A stretch of 58,946 bases of DNA from an uncultured Bacillota bacterium (GTDB lineage: Bacteria; Bacillota_I; Bacilli_A; RFN20; CAG-631): assembly GCA_905197115.1 (NCBI GenBank), contig CAJJXN010000002.1, forward strand, positions 1 through 58,946. The letters run 5' to 3'. The translations under genes and the position numbers were made by a program. Positions 21,064 to 29,237 of this stretch are shown here, one piece after another. Positions within the stretch are counted from its first letter, which is position 1. Each line of letters starts with the position of its first letter. The notes under the pieces are model-generated. The model was not told where the DNA came from, did not search any database, and saw only the letters and a list, made by a program, of their open reading frames with translations.

Positions 21064-22146
21064 ATGAACAAAACATGTAAAATTTCGTTTTTGACTATTT
21101 CTGCTTGTTTTGGATTAAGTTTGTGTAATGGTTGTACTTCAGATAAAAAATCAAATCATACAACGAGTCAAACCATTCCACAGGCAGTTGTTAAACTAGA
21201 AACTCAACCCCATAAAGATTTTTATTTAGTCGGAGAAACTTTTGATGTAAGTGGAGCCACTTTATCTATTCAATTTGGAAATCAACAAAAAGAGATTATT
21301 CCTATTACAAACGAAATGGTTTCAGAAATAGATATGTCTACTCCAGGCATTAAAAAACCACTCGTGACGTATCGCTATCATAATCAAGACTATACTACTT
21401 CTTTTAGCATTACCGTAGCAGATTTTGTTAGTGTTAAAACGGAAGAAGAACTCACTTCAGCCATTAATGATGCTAAAAAAGACATCGTTATTTTATTAAA
21501 AAAGAAGGATACTCCTTACAACATGCATCACTTAGAAATCTTAAAAAGTTTACATTTGCGTGGCGAAGAAAATGTATCCATTCAAATAGATAGTGATCCC
21601 ATTAGTTCTCAAGCAGGTATTTATATTAAAGCAAGCGATGTAACTATCGATAATTTAACAATCGAAATGAGTGAAAAATCACTGCATTCTTTAAAAGTTT
21701 CACATAATAGCCAAGATACAAAAGTAGATAATATTACTTTTAAAGATTGTACTTTTGAAGGTGGAAAAGGAGTTAATTTCCATGGCGGAAATAATATACT
21801 TCTAAAAAATTGTACAATTAATGTAGAAGACACATCTCCAAGTGTGGCCTTATCAATAGCTAGTAGTAATGTAACCATTGAAGATTGTACAATTTATCAT
21901 GGAAAATGGGGCAGTATTGGTTTAATGCATAAAATTGCCGATCAAAACGCACCTGATTACAATCAAACAGTTAGTCTATACCCAGGTAATACAAAAGTGA
22001 TTTTTAAAGGAGAAAATACCATTTCTTCTATTGTGTATGTAGAATATAGTGAAGAAAGTAAAAATACGATTGAAAATCTAGATTGGGAACAAGTAAAAGA
22101 AGGCACAACTTTAATATATAAAAATCCTAGTTTAAATAATCAATAA
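21064..22146 (+). CDS. Lipoprotein with Ig-like domain and right-handed beta-helix-like region
   Basis: 360 aa. Signal peptide with Cys (LSLCNGC). FYLVGETFDVSGATLSIQF is an Ig-like motif. Repeated ITFKDCTF / ILLKNCTI / VTIEDCTI turns suggest a parallel beta-helix. Confidence 0.7.
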   Translation: MNKTCKISFLTISACFGLSLCNGCTSDKKSNHTTSQTIPQAVVKLETQPHKDFYLVGETFDVSGATLSIQFGNQQKEIIPITNEMVSEIDMSTPGIKKPLVTYRYHNQDYTTSFSITVADFVSVKTEEELTSAINDAKKDIVILLKKKDTPYNMHHLEILKSLHLRGEENVSIQIDSDPISSQAGIYIKASDVTIDNLTIEMSEKSLHSLKVSHNSQDTKVDNITFKDCTFEGGKGVNFHGGNNILLKNCTINVEDTSPSVALSIASSNVTIEDCTIYHGKWGSIGLMHKIADQNAPDYNQTVSLYPGNTKVIFKGENTISSIVYVEYSEESKNTIENLDWEQVKEGTTLIYKNPSLNNQ

Positions 22147-22154
22147 ACAAGAAT

Positions 22155-22186
22155 ACTTCCATATACATTTTTTGGAAGTTTTTTTA
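22155..22186 (+). terminator. Intrinsic terminator
   Basis: ACTTCCA...TGGAAGT hairpin followed by TTTTTTT, just after the stop at 22146. Confidence 0.7.
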
Positions 22187-22242
22187 TTTAATTTTACCCT
22201 CTTTTATGGTATACTTAAAAACAAATATATAGAAAAGAAGGT

Positions 22243-23988
22243 ATGAAAATGAAAAAAATGAAAAAATGTCTCATCCCGCTTATTGTTTTACTCGGGATTA
22301 GTGGATGTAATAAAGGTCAACAAGAAGAGTCGACTAAACCAATCAAAACCCCTGCTACTCTTTCAGATTTACAAATATTATTATCCAATACAAGTTTCCA
22401 TTTAGAAGGCAATGAAACAAAACAAGCCACTAGAAAAACAATTGAAGTTATGCAAGAATTGTTTTCTACAAAAACGACCACAACCCAAGAAACTTTAATT
22501 GCTTATGAAGGTCCTTATGCTATCACGGAAGGGACTCAAGATCGTATCCATACGAATTTTGACTTTGAAAGTGATATTTTTAATCCGGTTCATAAAAAAT
22601 ATACTGCTTTTAGTGGAAAATATGAAAATATGTACTATGAAATTAAAGATTATGAAGGTGGAAAAGAAGACGATAAGGCTTCAAGAAAAACAATTCAAAC
22701 AGAATCAAATGATGGCGATATTTCATTAGAAGATGTCACTATTTATTCAACGATGAACGCTTCTAACTATGCAAATTTTTATTTAGAAACTTATTTTGTT
22801 CCTGTTTTATCTGGAACATATTCTTTAACAGCTACTGAAACGAAAAATGATTTTAGATATACGCTTAATGCCGAAAGTAGTAAAACAGATGAATTTGGAG
22901 AAACAAGAACGGTTTCAAACATTTCTTTGGACTTTTTAAAAGATGGTTTTTTAAAATCATTTGAAATGCAATTTACAATGTATGCTAAAGATTACGATGA
23001 AGAAGGCACACTTGGTAATGAATATGTTTACACCAAAGTAACGGATACTTGTCAAATTGAAAGAGGCAAAAGACAAAAAGCACCTCAAACTCCAAAAATT
23101 GTTCCAACAAATTACTGGCTAACAGATTATGAAATTCAACTTCAAGCGAATATGCTTTTAAGTACAACGGATTGTGATGCAGATGACGTTCCTGTTGATT
23201 TTTATATTTTAGCAAAAGCAATTAATGTCACACCAGAATTAGCAATCGATACAAAACTTGAAATTATAGATAGTTCTAATCAAGATGTTATTTCTGTATC
23301 TTCAGTAGGTGTCGTGAAATCAATTGGAGGCGGAACGACAACATTAACAGTTCGCAGTGAATCGGGCATAGAAAAAACGATTGAAGCAACTGTTAAAGTT
23401 CCTGATGCAACTTCTATTCGCATTGAAATTTACTCTTCATCTTTCTTTGTGGGAGAAGAATACAACATTTTTACTTATGTAACTCCTGAAAATTCACGTG
23501 AAGAATATGATTATACGGTTTCCAATGATAACGCTAGAATTATTATGGATAAAGATAATGACCCTGTTTTAGTATGTGAGAAAGCAGGAGAAGTTACCAT
23601 TACAGCTACAAGTAAAACAAATCCTTCCATTAGCGCAAGTAAAACAGTAACCATTACTCAAAAATTAACAGTTGAGGAAGTAAAAGCTAACATAGTTGGA
23701 ACGTGGGTAGATGTTGAAAACAATCAACAAAAAATAACGTTTCATTCGGATAACACAGGACATTTTACTTTCTTTGAAGATAACAAACAACAAGACTACG
23801 ATTTTAAATGGATTATCAAAGAATCTCAAACAAATTCTGATAATTTATTAGTTACCATTACAACTACAATGGGAAATTACAATGATAACGAATGTTCTTT
23901 CTTACTTGATGGGACAAAAATGCAAACTTATTTCACAAATGTAGATATGTATTATTTAGTCTTTAAAGCAGATTTTATAAAAGAATAG
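22243..23988 (+). CDS. Lipoprotein with two Big_2-like Ig domains
   Basis: 581 aa. Lipobox LLGISGC. Two segments of type ...SSNQDVISVSSVGVVKSIGGGTTTLTV... and ...GEVTITATSKTNPSISASKTVTI.... Same architecture as the next gene. Confidence 0.8.
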   Translation: MKMKKMKKCLIPLIVLLGISGCNKGQQEESTKPIKTPATLSDLQILLSNTSFHLEGNETKQATRKTIEVMQELFSTKTTTTQETLIAYEGPYAITEGTQDRIHTNFDFESDIFNPVHKKYTAFSGKYENMYYEIKDYEGGKEDDKASRKTIQTESNDGDISLEDVTIYSTMNASNYANFYLETYFVPVLSGTYSLTATETKNDFRYTLNAESSKTDEFGETRTVSNISLDFLKDGFLKSFEMQFTMYAKDYDEEGTLGNEYVYTKVTDTCQIERGKRQKAPQTPKIVPTNYWLTDYEIQLQANMLLSTTDCDADDVPVDFYILAKAINVTPELAIDTKLEIIDSSNQDVISVSSVGVVKSIGGGTTTLTVRSESGIEKTIEATVKVPDATSIRIEIYSSSFFVGEEYNIFTYVTPENSREEYDYTVSNDNARIIMDKDNDPVLVCEKAGEVTITATSKTNPSISASKTVTITQKLTVEEVKANIVGTWVDVENNQQKITFHSDNTGHFTFFEDNKQQDYDFKWIIKESQTNSDNLLVTITTTMGNYNDNECSFLLDGTKMQTYFTNVDMYYLVFKADFIKE

Positions 23989-23999
23989 GAGAATTTTTT

Positions 24000-25895
24000 A
24001 TGAAAAAATCAAACTTATTTTTATTGCTTCCTTTAATCTTACTTGCAAGTTGTAATACAAAAGATTCTTCAAATAGTCAATCGACTCCTTCATCTACTAG
24101 TTCATCACAATCAACAAGCATCTCTAGTTCATCGACAACAAGTAGTTCCAATAATAGTAGTAGTTCTACTATTTCAAGTTCAACATCTCATTCTTCATCT
24201 AGTTCAATTACTTCTTCGAATTCATCTTCGAGTGTTCCAACCCCAATTGATCCAATTGAAATGCCAATGAATTTAGATGAATTAAAAGTTTATCTTAACA
24301 ATGAAGGAAAAACAACTTTCGTAGCGAATGAAGCCGAAAGTACTTTATCTATAGAAGAAGGTAATTATTTTTCTTACATGGGAGATGCAACAGAAGATAT
24401 TAATAAAATAACCAAACAGTTTAAACGATTTGAAGGAAATTATGCAAGTGGTTCTATTGAACGAAAAATATTTGATCGTTCTAATATAAATAATGAAATT
24501 AGTAATGAAAAAATAGTTCTTGGCAATTTTTATAAGGGTACTTATAATAATGATGTTATTGACAGCACAATTTTTGAAACTGATTTATCGAATTCAAGCA
24601 TTCATAAATTTCAACTTGTAGAAGAAGATACCAATTTAGAATCTTTTAAATTAAATTTAAATGAGCAAATGGCTTTTGCTTCTTCCTACTTTGAATCTTT
24701 CACTTCTTTAAATAAACAATTAAATGATTTACCAGTTAGTGCAATATATGATTTAGAACATAAAGTAGGACAAAATTTTAATTATACTTTAACTTGTTTG
24801 GGTGATAAAGAAACAGCAGCAAGTCAATTTAAATCTTATTCTGATACAATTATTTCCATTGGATTTGATAATTCTGGATTTTTAACCACTTATCATATAA
24901 CTTTTAAAGAATATGGCTATGATTGGTTAACTGATGCTCATTACACCACTCCTAGCACGTTTAAAATTCTTGATTTTACCGCTAAAAAGGGAACTTTAGC
25001 ACAAGCAGAACCTTTAGCATTTAATCCTTCTGATTATATGGCAACAAGCGCAACTATCCAACTCATTAATAAAGGTAGTTATGATAAAGAAATTTTAGAA
25101 CCTCAAAATATTATTTTAAATACATCCTTAGGTGTAAAAGTTGAAAATCCAATACCTGCTACTGCCATTGACTTAGATTTTGAAATTATAAGTAGTAGTG
25201 ATACGGATGTCGTAGGTTTAAAGTATGGTGATTGGACTGCACTTAAAATAGGAACAGCAATTTTAACAATTGCAAATTCAAATGGCTGTACCCAAACAAT
25301 AGATGTAACGGTTAAAGAACCTGTTTTAACCTCTATTTCTATTTCATTAACCGAAAACATGACTACTGGCGAAGAATATTTCCTTTATATTTCGAAAACT
25401 CCATCAGATGTTACTGATACATTTACCGTAATTTCATCTGATGAAACAATAGCTAAAATTGTTGAAAGAAACGATAACATTTATGTTCAAGCACTTAAAG
25501 CAGGAACTGCAACCATTACAGTGACTAGTATTCAACATCCAAATGTTTATCAAGAAAAGACAGTAACGATTAAAGATGCTTTGAGCGATGAGGAAATCAA
25601 ACAAATTATTTGTAGTCATACTTGGTTTGAAAATCATTATTATCATGGAGATTTATTATTAAACTTTAACTTAGATGGCACAGGCACCTTTCAAAAAGGT
25701 TATTATGACCCAATTTCTTTTACTTGGACGATTTCAAATAAAACGATCACTTTATCTTCTTTCTCTATCGGTGGAATTGATTTTGTAAACAATACCGTAA
25801 CTTTAAATGAAGAAGGAACTGAACTTGAAATAAAATTTGAAGATGAATATGCATGGGATACGATTCAAGAAACTTTACAAATCCACGATAATTAA
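24000..25895 (+). CDS. Lipoprotein with Ser-rich linker and two Big_2-like Ig domains (paralog of 22243-23988)
   Basis: 631 aa. Lipobox LILLASC. About 60-aa poly-Ser/Thr linker. Big_2-like segments (GTAILTIANSNGCTQTIDVTV, GTATITVTSIQHPNVYQEKTVTI). C-terminal module shared with the upstream gene. Confidence 0.8.
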   Translation: MKKSNLFLLLPLILLASCNTKDSSNSQSTPSSTSSSQSTSISSSSTTSSSNNSSSSTISSSTSHSSSSSITSSNSSSSVPTPIDPIEMPMNLDELKVYLNNEGKTTFVANEAESTLSIEEGNYFSYMGDATEDINKITKQFKRFEGNYASGSIERKIFDRSNINNEISNEKIVLGNFYKGTYNNDVIDSTIFETDLSNSSIHKFQLVEEDTNLESFKLNLNEQMAFASSYFESFTSLNKQLNDLPVSAIYDLEHKVGQNFNYTLTCLGDKETAASQFKSYSDTIISIGFDNSGFLTTYHITFKEYGYDWLTDAHYTTPSTFKILDFTAKKGTLAQAEPLAFNPSDYMATSATIQLINKGSYDKEILEPQNIILNTSLGVKVENPIPATAIDLDFEIISSSDTDVVGLKYGDWTALKIGTAILTIANSNGCTQTIDVTVKEPVLTSISISLTENMTTGEEYFLYISKTPSDVTDTFTVISSDETIAKIVERNDNIYVQALKAGTATITVTSIQHPNVYQEKTVTIKDALSDEEIKQIICSHTWFENHYYHGDLLLNFNLDGTGTFQKGYYDPISFTWTISNKTITLSSFSIGGIDFVNNTVTLNEEGTELEIKFEDEYAWDTIQETLQIHDN

Positions 25896-25900
25896 TTAAC

Positions 25901-25933
25901 AAAAAGAGTCAAAATTGATTTGACTCTTTTTTT
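25901..25933. terminator. Bidirectional terminator between convergent genes
   Basis: AAAAAGAGTCAAA-ttgat-TTGACTCTTTTT palindrome flanked by A- and T-runs. Confidence 0.8.
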
Positions 25934-25936
25934 GTT

Positions 25937-26311
25937 CTATAAATTTTTTCTTAAAAATAATTCTTTTTCTTGACCCGGTGCAAGTAAATATCCACAATCA
26001 ACATACCCAATCAAACGATAAAAATGTTGAGCCGTTTCTATCTTTAAAGTAGAAACTAAAAGCCATGTATAGCCCTTTTCTTTCATTTCTTGTTCCCAAA
26101 AGTTCATGAGTATCTTACCATAACCTTTTCTTTGATATTCTTGTTTGATATAAAGTAATGTACAAAAAGGAACATTGTCCCAAAACAAATTATAACGCAA
26201 TATTCCAATCCGTTGATTATTTATAGATAACACATATCCTTGTTCATTTTTTACTTTTTGATTAAATTCTTTTTTAGACAAATGTTTATCTAAAGAAAAC
26301 CAAAAATCCAT
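25937..26311 (-). CDS. GNAT-family N-acetyltransferase
   Basis: 124 aa. Acetyl-CoA-binding motif QRKGYGKILM. Confidence 0.8.
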   Translation of the reverse strand: MDFWFSLDKHLSKKEFNQKVKNEQGYVLSINNQRIGILRYNLFWDNVPFCTLLYIKQEYQRKGYGKILMNFWEQEMKEKGYTWLLVSTLKIETAQHFYRLIGYVDCGYLLAPGQEKELFLRKNL

Positions 26312-26404
26312 ATCTTGTTTTTTTTACATATCTTATTTCATACTTTGTTTCTTTTTCCATGAATTGATTTTACCATTTTAATTGAATATTTGAAAAGGTT
26401 TTAT

Positions 26405-26433
26405 TTGACAATTGATATATTTCGTTGTAAATT
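26405..26433 (+). promoter_or_regulatory. Sigma-70-type promoter
   Basis: TTGACA (26405-26410), a 17-nt spacer, then TAAATT (26428-26433). Confidence 0.55.
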
Positions 26434-26439
26434 AAAAAG

Positions 26440-26531
26440 TGGGCAGTTCGAAACCATCCTGCCTTGCAATTAGGCAAAATCAAAACTAGGGATTTTATTA
26501 GCCTTTTTGCGTCTAATTGGAGGCGCTTTTT
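26440..26531 (+). promoter_or_regulatory. Candidate preQ1-class riboswitch plus terminator/RBS-sequestering hairpin
   Basis: GGCAG-UUCGAAACCAUC-CUGCC hairpin, then GCCU-UGCAAU-UAGGC followed by an A-rich tail AAAAUCAAAACUAGGG (resembles the preQ1-I AAAAAACUA tail). Next is GCGUC...GGCGC plus U7, which engulfs the GGAGG RBS. A YhhQ-type transporter gene lies downstream. Confidence 0.5.
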
Positions 26532-26533
26532 TT

Positions 26534-27229
26534 ATGCAACGATATAGTAAAATTATACATAAACAAAAAAGAGAAATTGTTCTTTTACGTGGAAGTGGAT
26601 GTATTTATAAAAAATGTACATTTTGTGATTATTATCACGATAAAAATTCAAATGAACAACAAAATTTTGAATTAAATCAATCTATTTTAAATCAAATAAC
26701 GGGAGAATTTCATGAACTAGAAGTCATTAATAGTGGCTCTGTTTTTGAATTAGATGAACAAACGCTTTCTTTGATAAAAAAAATTTGCTTAGAAAAACAA
26801 ATCCGAACGCTTCATTTTGAATCTCATTATTTATACCATAATAAAATCAACCAATTAAGACAAGATTTCTATCCAATTCAAATTAAAATGAAATTAGGTT
26901 TAGAAACATTTGATGAAATCTTAAGGGAAAATTTATTGAATAAAGGAATAAAAGAAAAAGATCCTGCAATTATAAGCAATCACTTTGAAGAAGCTAATTT
27001 TTTATTTGGCATCAAAGGGCAAACTTTACAATCTATGGAAAATGATATTCAATTAGGTTTACAATATTTTGAACGTATTTGCATTAATATAATGTGTAAA
27101 AATACGACAGCGATTCAACCAGATAAACAAGTTATTGATACTTTTATGCATCATCTTTATTTAAAATATAAAGACCATGAACGAATTGACATTTTAATTG
27201 ATAAAACGGATTTTGGAGTAGGTGATTAA
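26534..27229 (+). CDS. Radical-SAM-like Cys-cluster protein (possible queuine/queuosine salvage enzyme)
   Basis: Start moved to ATG 26534 (GGAGG 9 nt upstream); the TTG 26507 extension lies inside the leader hairpin. Has an N-terminal GSGCIYKKCTFCDYY Cys triad (C-x4-C-x2-C). Overlaps the next gene by 8 nt. Confidence 0.6.
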   Translation: MQRYSKIIHKQKREIVLLRGSGCIYKKCTFCDYYHDKNSNEQQNFELNQSILNQITGEFHELEVINSGSVFELDEQTLSLIKKICLEKQIRTLHFESHYLYHNKINQLRQDFYPIQIKMKLGLETFDEILRENLLNKGIKEKDPAIISNHFEEANFLFGIKGQTLQSMENDIQLGLQYFERICINIMCKNTTAIQPDKQVIDTFMHHLYLKYKDHERIDILIDKTDFGVGD

Positions 27230-27956
27230 TATGAATGAACTAATTTTAATATTATCTTTAATCTTTACTTTTTCCATGATTTTAGTTGCTTATCATTTTT
27301 TTGGTAAAACGGGATTATATTGTGTATCTGCTATTGCAACCATTTTAGCCAACATTGAAGTATTAATCTTAATTAAAGCATTTGGTATGGAACAAACATT
27401 AGGAAATATTCTTTTTGCAGGGACTTTTTTAATTACCGATATCTTATCCGAATGTGAAGGAAAAAAAGCGGCAAATAAAGCCGTATGGATCGGTATGTTT
27501 TCTTCAATATTATTTTTAGTTTTAAGCCAAAGCTGGTTGCTTTATCAGCCAAGTAGTAATGATACTTCTATGACTTCAATTAAAGCTATTTTTTCCAATA
27601 CACCTCGAATGATTCTCGCCTCATTTGTCGTGTATGCGGTTAGTCAAATGTTTGATGTATGGCTTTATCACAAATGGTGGGATTTCACAAGCAAAAAATT
27701 TAATGATAAACGAAAATATTTATGGTTAAGAAATAATGGCTCTACTTTAATTAGTCAAATTTTAAATACACTATTATTCACACTTTTTGCTTTTTGGGGA
27801 ACATATGATTTTTCTACTTTAATGTCGATATTTATCTCTAGTTATGTGATTTATATATTCACTTCTTTGCTCGATACCCCTGTTGTTTATTTAGCAAGAA
27901 AAATGCATGATAAAAAAGTTTTAAAGGAGGGAAAAACAAATGATAGTACTCATTAG
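27222..27956 (+). CDS. yhhQ: Queuosine-precursor transporter, YhhQ/VUT (DUF165) family
   Basis: 244 aa, 6 TM. LFAGTFLITDILSECEGKKAANKAV matches the conserved YhhQ signature as I recall it. Confidence 0.7.
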   Translation: MINMNELILILSLIFTFSMILVAYHFFGKTGLYCVSAIATILANIEVLILIKAFGMEQTLGNILFAGTFLITDILSECEGKKAANKAVWIGMFSSILFLVLSQSWLLYQPSSNDTSMTSIKAIFSNTPRMILASFVVYAVSQMFDVWLYHKWWDFTSKKFNDKRKYLWLRNNGSTLISQILNTLLFTLFAFWGTYDFSTLMSIFISSYVIYIFTSLLDTPVVYLARKMHDKKVLKEGKTNDSTH

Positions 27957-28455
27957 TGGAACGACTCATACTGGAAAAACAAAACTAGCCCAAGAATTAA
28001 TGGAAAAGTATAAAATACCTTATTATAGTATAGATCATATAAAAATGGGTCTAATTCGGAGTCATCAAACAACTCTTACGCCAAACAATGATGAAAAACT
28101 TACTCACTATCTTTGGCCAATTTTAGTGGAAATGATGAAAACCGCCATTGAAAACAAGCAACATTTTATTTTAGAAGGATGTTATATTCCTTTTGACTAT
28201 TCCTCTTATTTTAGTCACGATGAACTAAAACAAATTCAATATTATTGTTTAATCATGTCAAAAGAATATATTCTCAATCATGTTGATGAAATATTAAAAT
28301 TTGAGAATTGCATTGAACAAAGACTTCCCAACTCTTTAAATATACAACAATTAATTTTAGAGAATGAAAACAACTTAAAATCATGTCAAAAATATCAACT
28401 TCCTTATATTTATATTGACAAAAAATACGAAATTAAGATATCACTTTCCATTTAA
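27940..28455 (+). CDS. P-loop NTPase/kinase-like protein
   Basis: 171 aa. Walker A ISGTTHTGKTKLA at the N-terminus. Overlaps yhhQ by 17 nt, so it is in the same operon. Confidence 0.6.
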   Translation: MIVLISGTTHTGKTKLAQELMEKYKIPYYSIDHIKMGLIRSHQTTLTPNNDEKLTHYLWPILVEMMKTAIENKQHFILEGCYIPFDYSSYFSHDELKQIQYYCLIMSKEYILNHVDEILKFENCIEQRLPNSLNIQQLILENENNLKSCQKYQLPYIYIDKKYEIKISLSI

Positions 28456-28535
28456 TTTTAGAAAGTGATTTTTTTAATATTCAAATAATATTTTTTGTTT
28501 TTAAAGAGTGTATACTTAAATTAAGGGGTGATGAT

Positions 28536-29237
28536 ATGGCTTTCTTAAAACTAATAAATGTTAATAAAGAATATGTTAGCAAAGCAGGTGCTTTTAAAGC
28601 TTTATCAGATGTATCTTTTGAATTAGAAAAGGACGAATTTGTCGTCATTTTAGGTCAAAGTGGAGCAGGTAAAACAACACTTTTGAACATCTTAGGAGGC
28701 ATGGACACTTTAACCACTGGCTCTATTTATTTAAATGATCAAGAAATCTCATCTTTTAACAAAAAACAACTTACACAATATCGTAGAAATGAGATTGGCT
28801 TCGTCTTTCAATTTTATAATTTAATGCCTAATTTAACTGCTCTTGAAAACGTTGAATTAGCTACCGAAATTTGTAAAGATGCTCTGCCTCCAGGTGATGT
28901 TTTAAAAAATGTTGGGCTTGCAAATAAAATCAAATATTTTCCTGCACAATTAAGTGGTGGAGAACAGCAACGAGTAAGCATTGCAAGAGCGATTGCTAAA
29001 AACCCTAAAATTTTATTATGCGATGAACCAACAGGAGCTCTTGATTATCAAACTGGTAAAAATGTCTTAAAATTATTATACGATATATCCAAATCAAATC
29101 ATAAACTCGTTATCGTTGTAACTCACAATCAAGCGATTAAAGAAATGGCAGATAAAGTTATTTATATCAAAAATGGTCAAATAGAAAAAATACAAATAAA
29201 TGAAAAGCCAAAACCAATTGAGGAGATTGAGTGGTAA
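28536..29237 (+). CDS. ABC transporter ATP-binding protein (MacB/LolD-like)
   Basis: Walker [10 protein letters not shown], signature LSGGEQQRV, Walker B LLCDEPT. Confidence 0.9.
   Translation: MAFLKLINVNKEYVSKAGAFKALSDVSFELEKDEFVVILGQSGAGKTTLLNILGGMDTLTTGSIYLNDQEISSFNKKQLTQYRRNEIGFVFQFYNLMPNLTALENVELATEICKDALPPGDVLKNVGLANKIKYFPAQLSGGEQQRVSIARAIAKNPKILLCDEPTGALDYQTGKNVLKLLYDISKSNHKLVIVVTHNQAIKEMADKVIYIKNGQIEKIQINEKPKPIEEIEW

Noticed and set aside
24060-24240. Repetitive TCA/AGT-rich DNA that looked like a tandem repeat or array
   Set aside because: It is in frame within the lipoprotein ORF and encodes a poly-Ser/Thr linker. It has no regular repeat-spacer periodicity, so it is not a CRISPR or satellite array.
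1539-25646. Many 60-120-aa ORFs nested antisense or out of frame inside large genes. Examples: 1539-1751, 2932-3171, 3381-3563, 3784-3993, 7279-7536, 9496-9777, 11969-12467, 13932-14294, 16454-17308, 19614-19805, 21621-21878, 22499-23221, 24043-24270, 25103-25646.
   Set aside because: Each is fully contained in a longer ORF with recognisable motifs or lipoprotein signals. Their products are F/L/I/K/N-rich, as expected from random frames in AT-rich DNA, and none has an RBS or family signature. The same applies later in the window to 31569-31766, 32184-32369, 33616-33861, 34507-34779, 35769-35951, 36168-36353, 37641-37949, 40840-41073, 41310-41516, 44844-45073, 45712-45915, 48026-48555, 53794-53979, 56554-56760 and 57138-57386.
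26507-26533. TTG start at 26507 for the radical-SAM-like gene
   Set aside because: These codons coincide with the leader terminator / RBS-sequestering hairpin. ATG 26534 has a GGAGG RBS at proper spacing.
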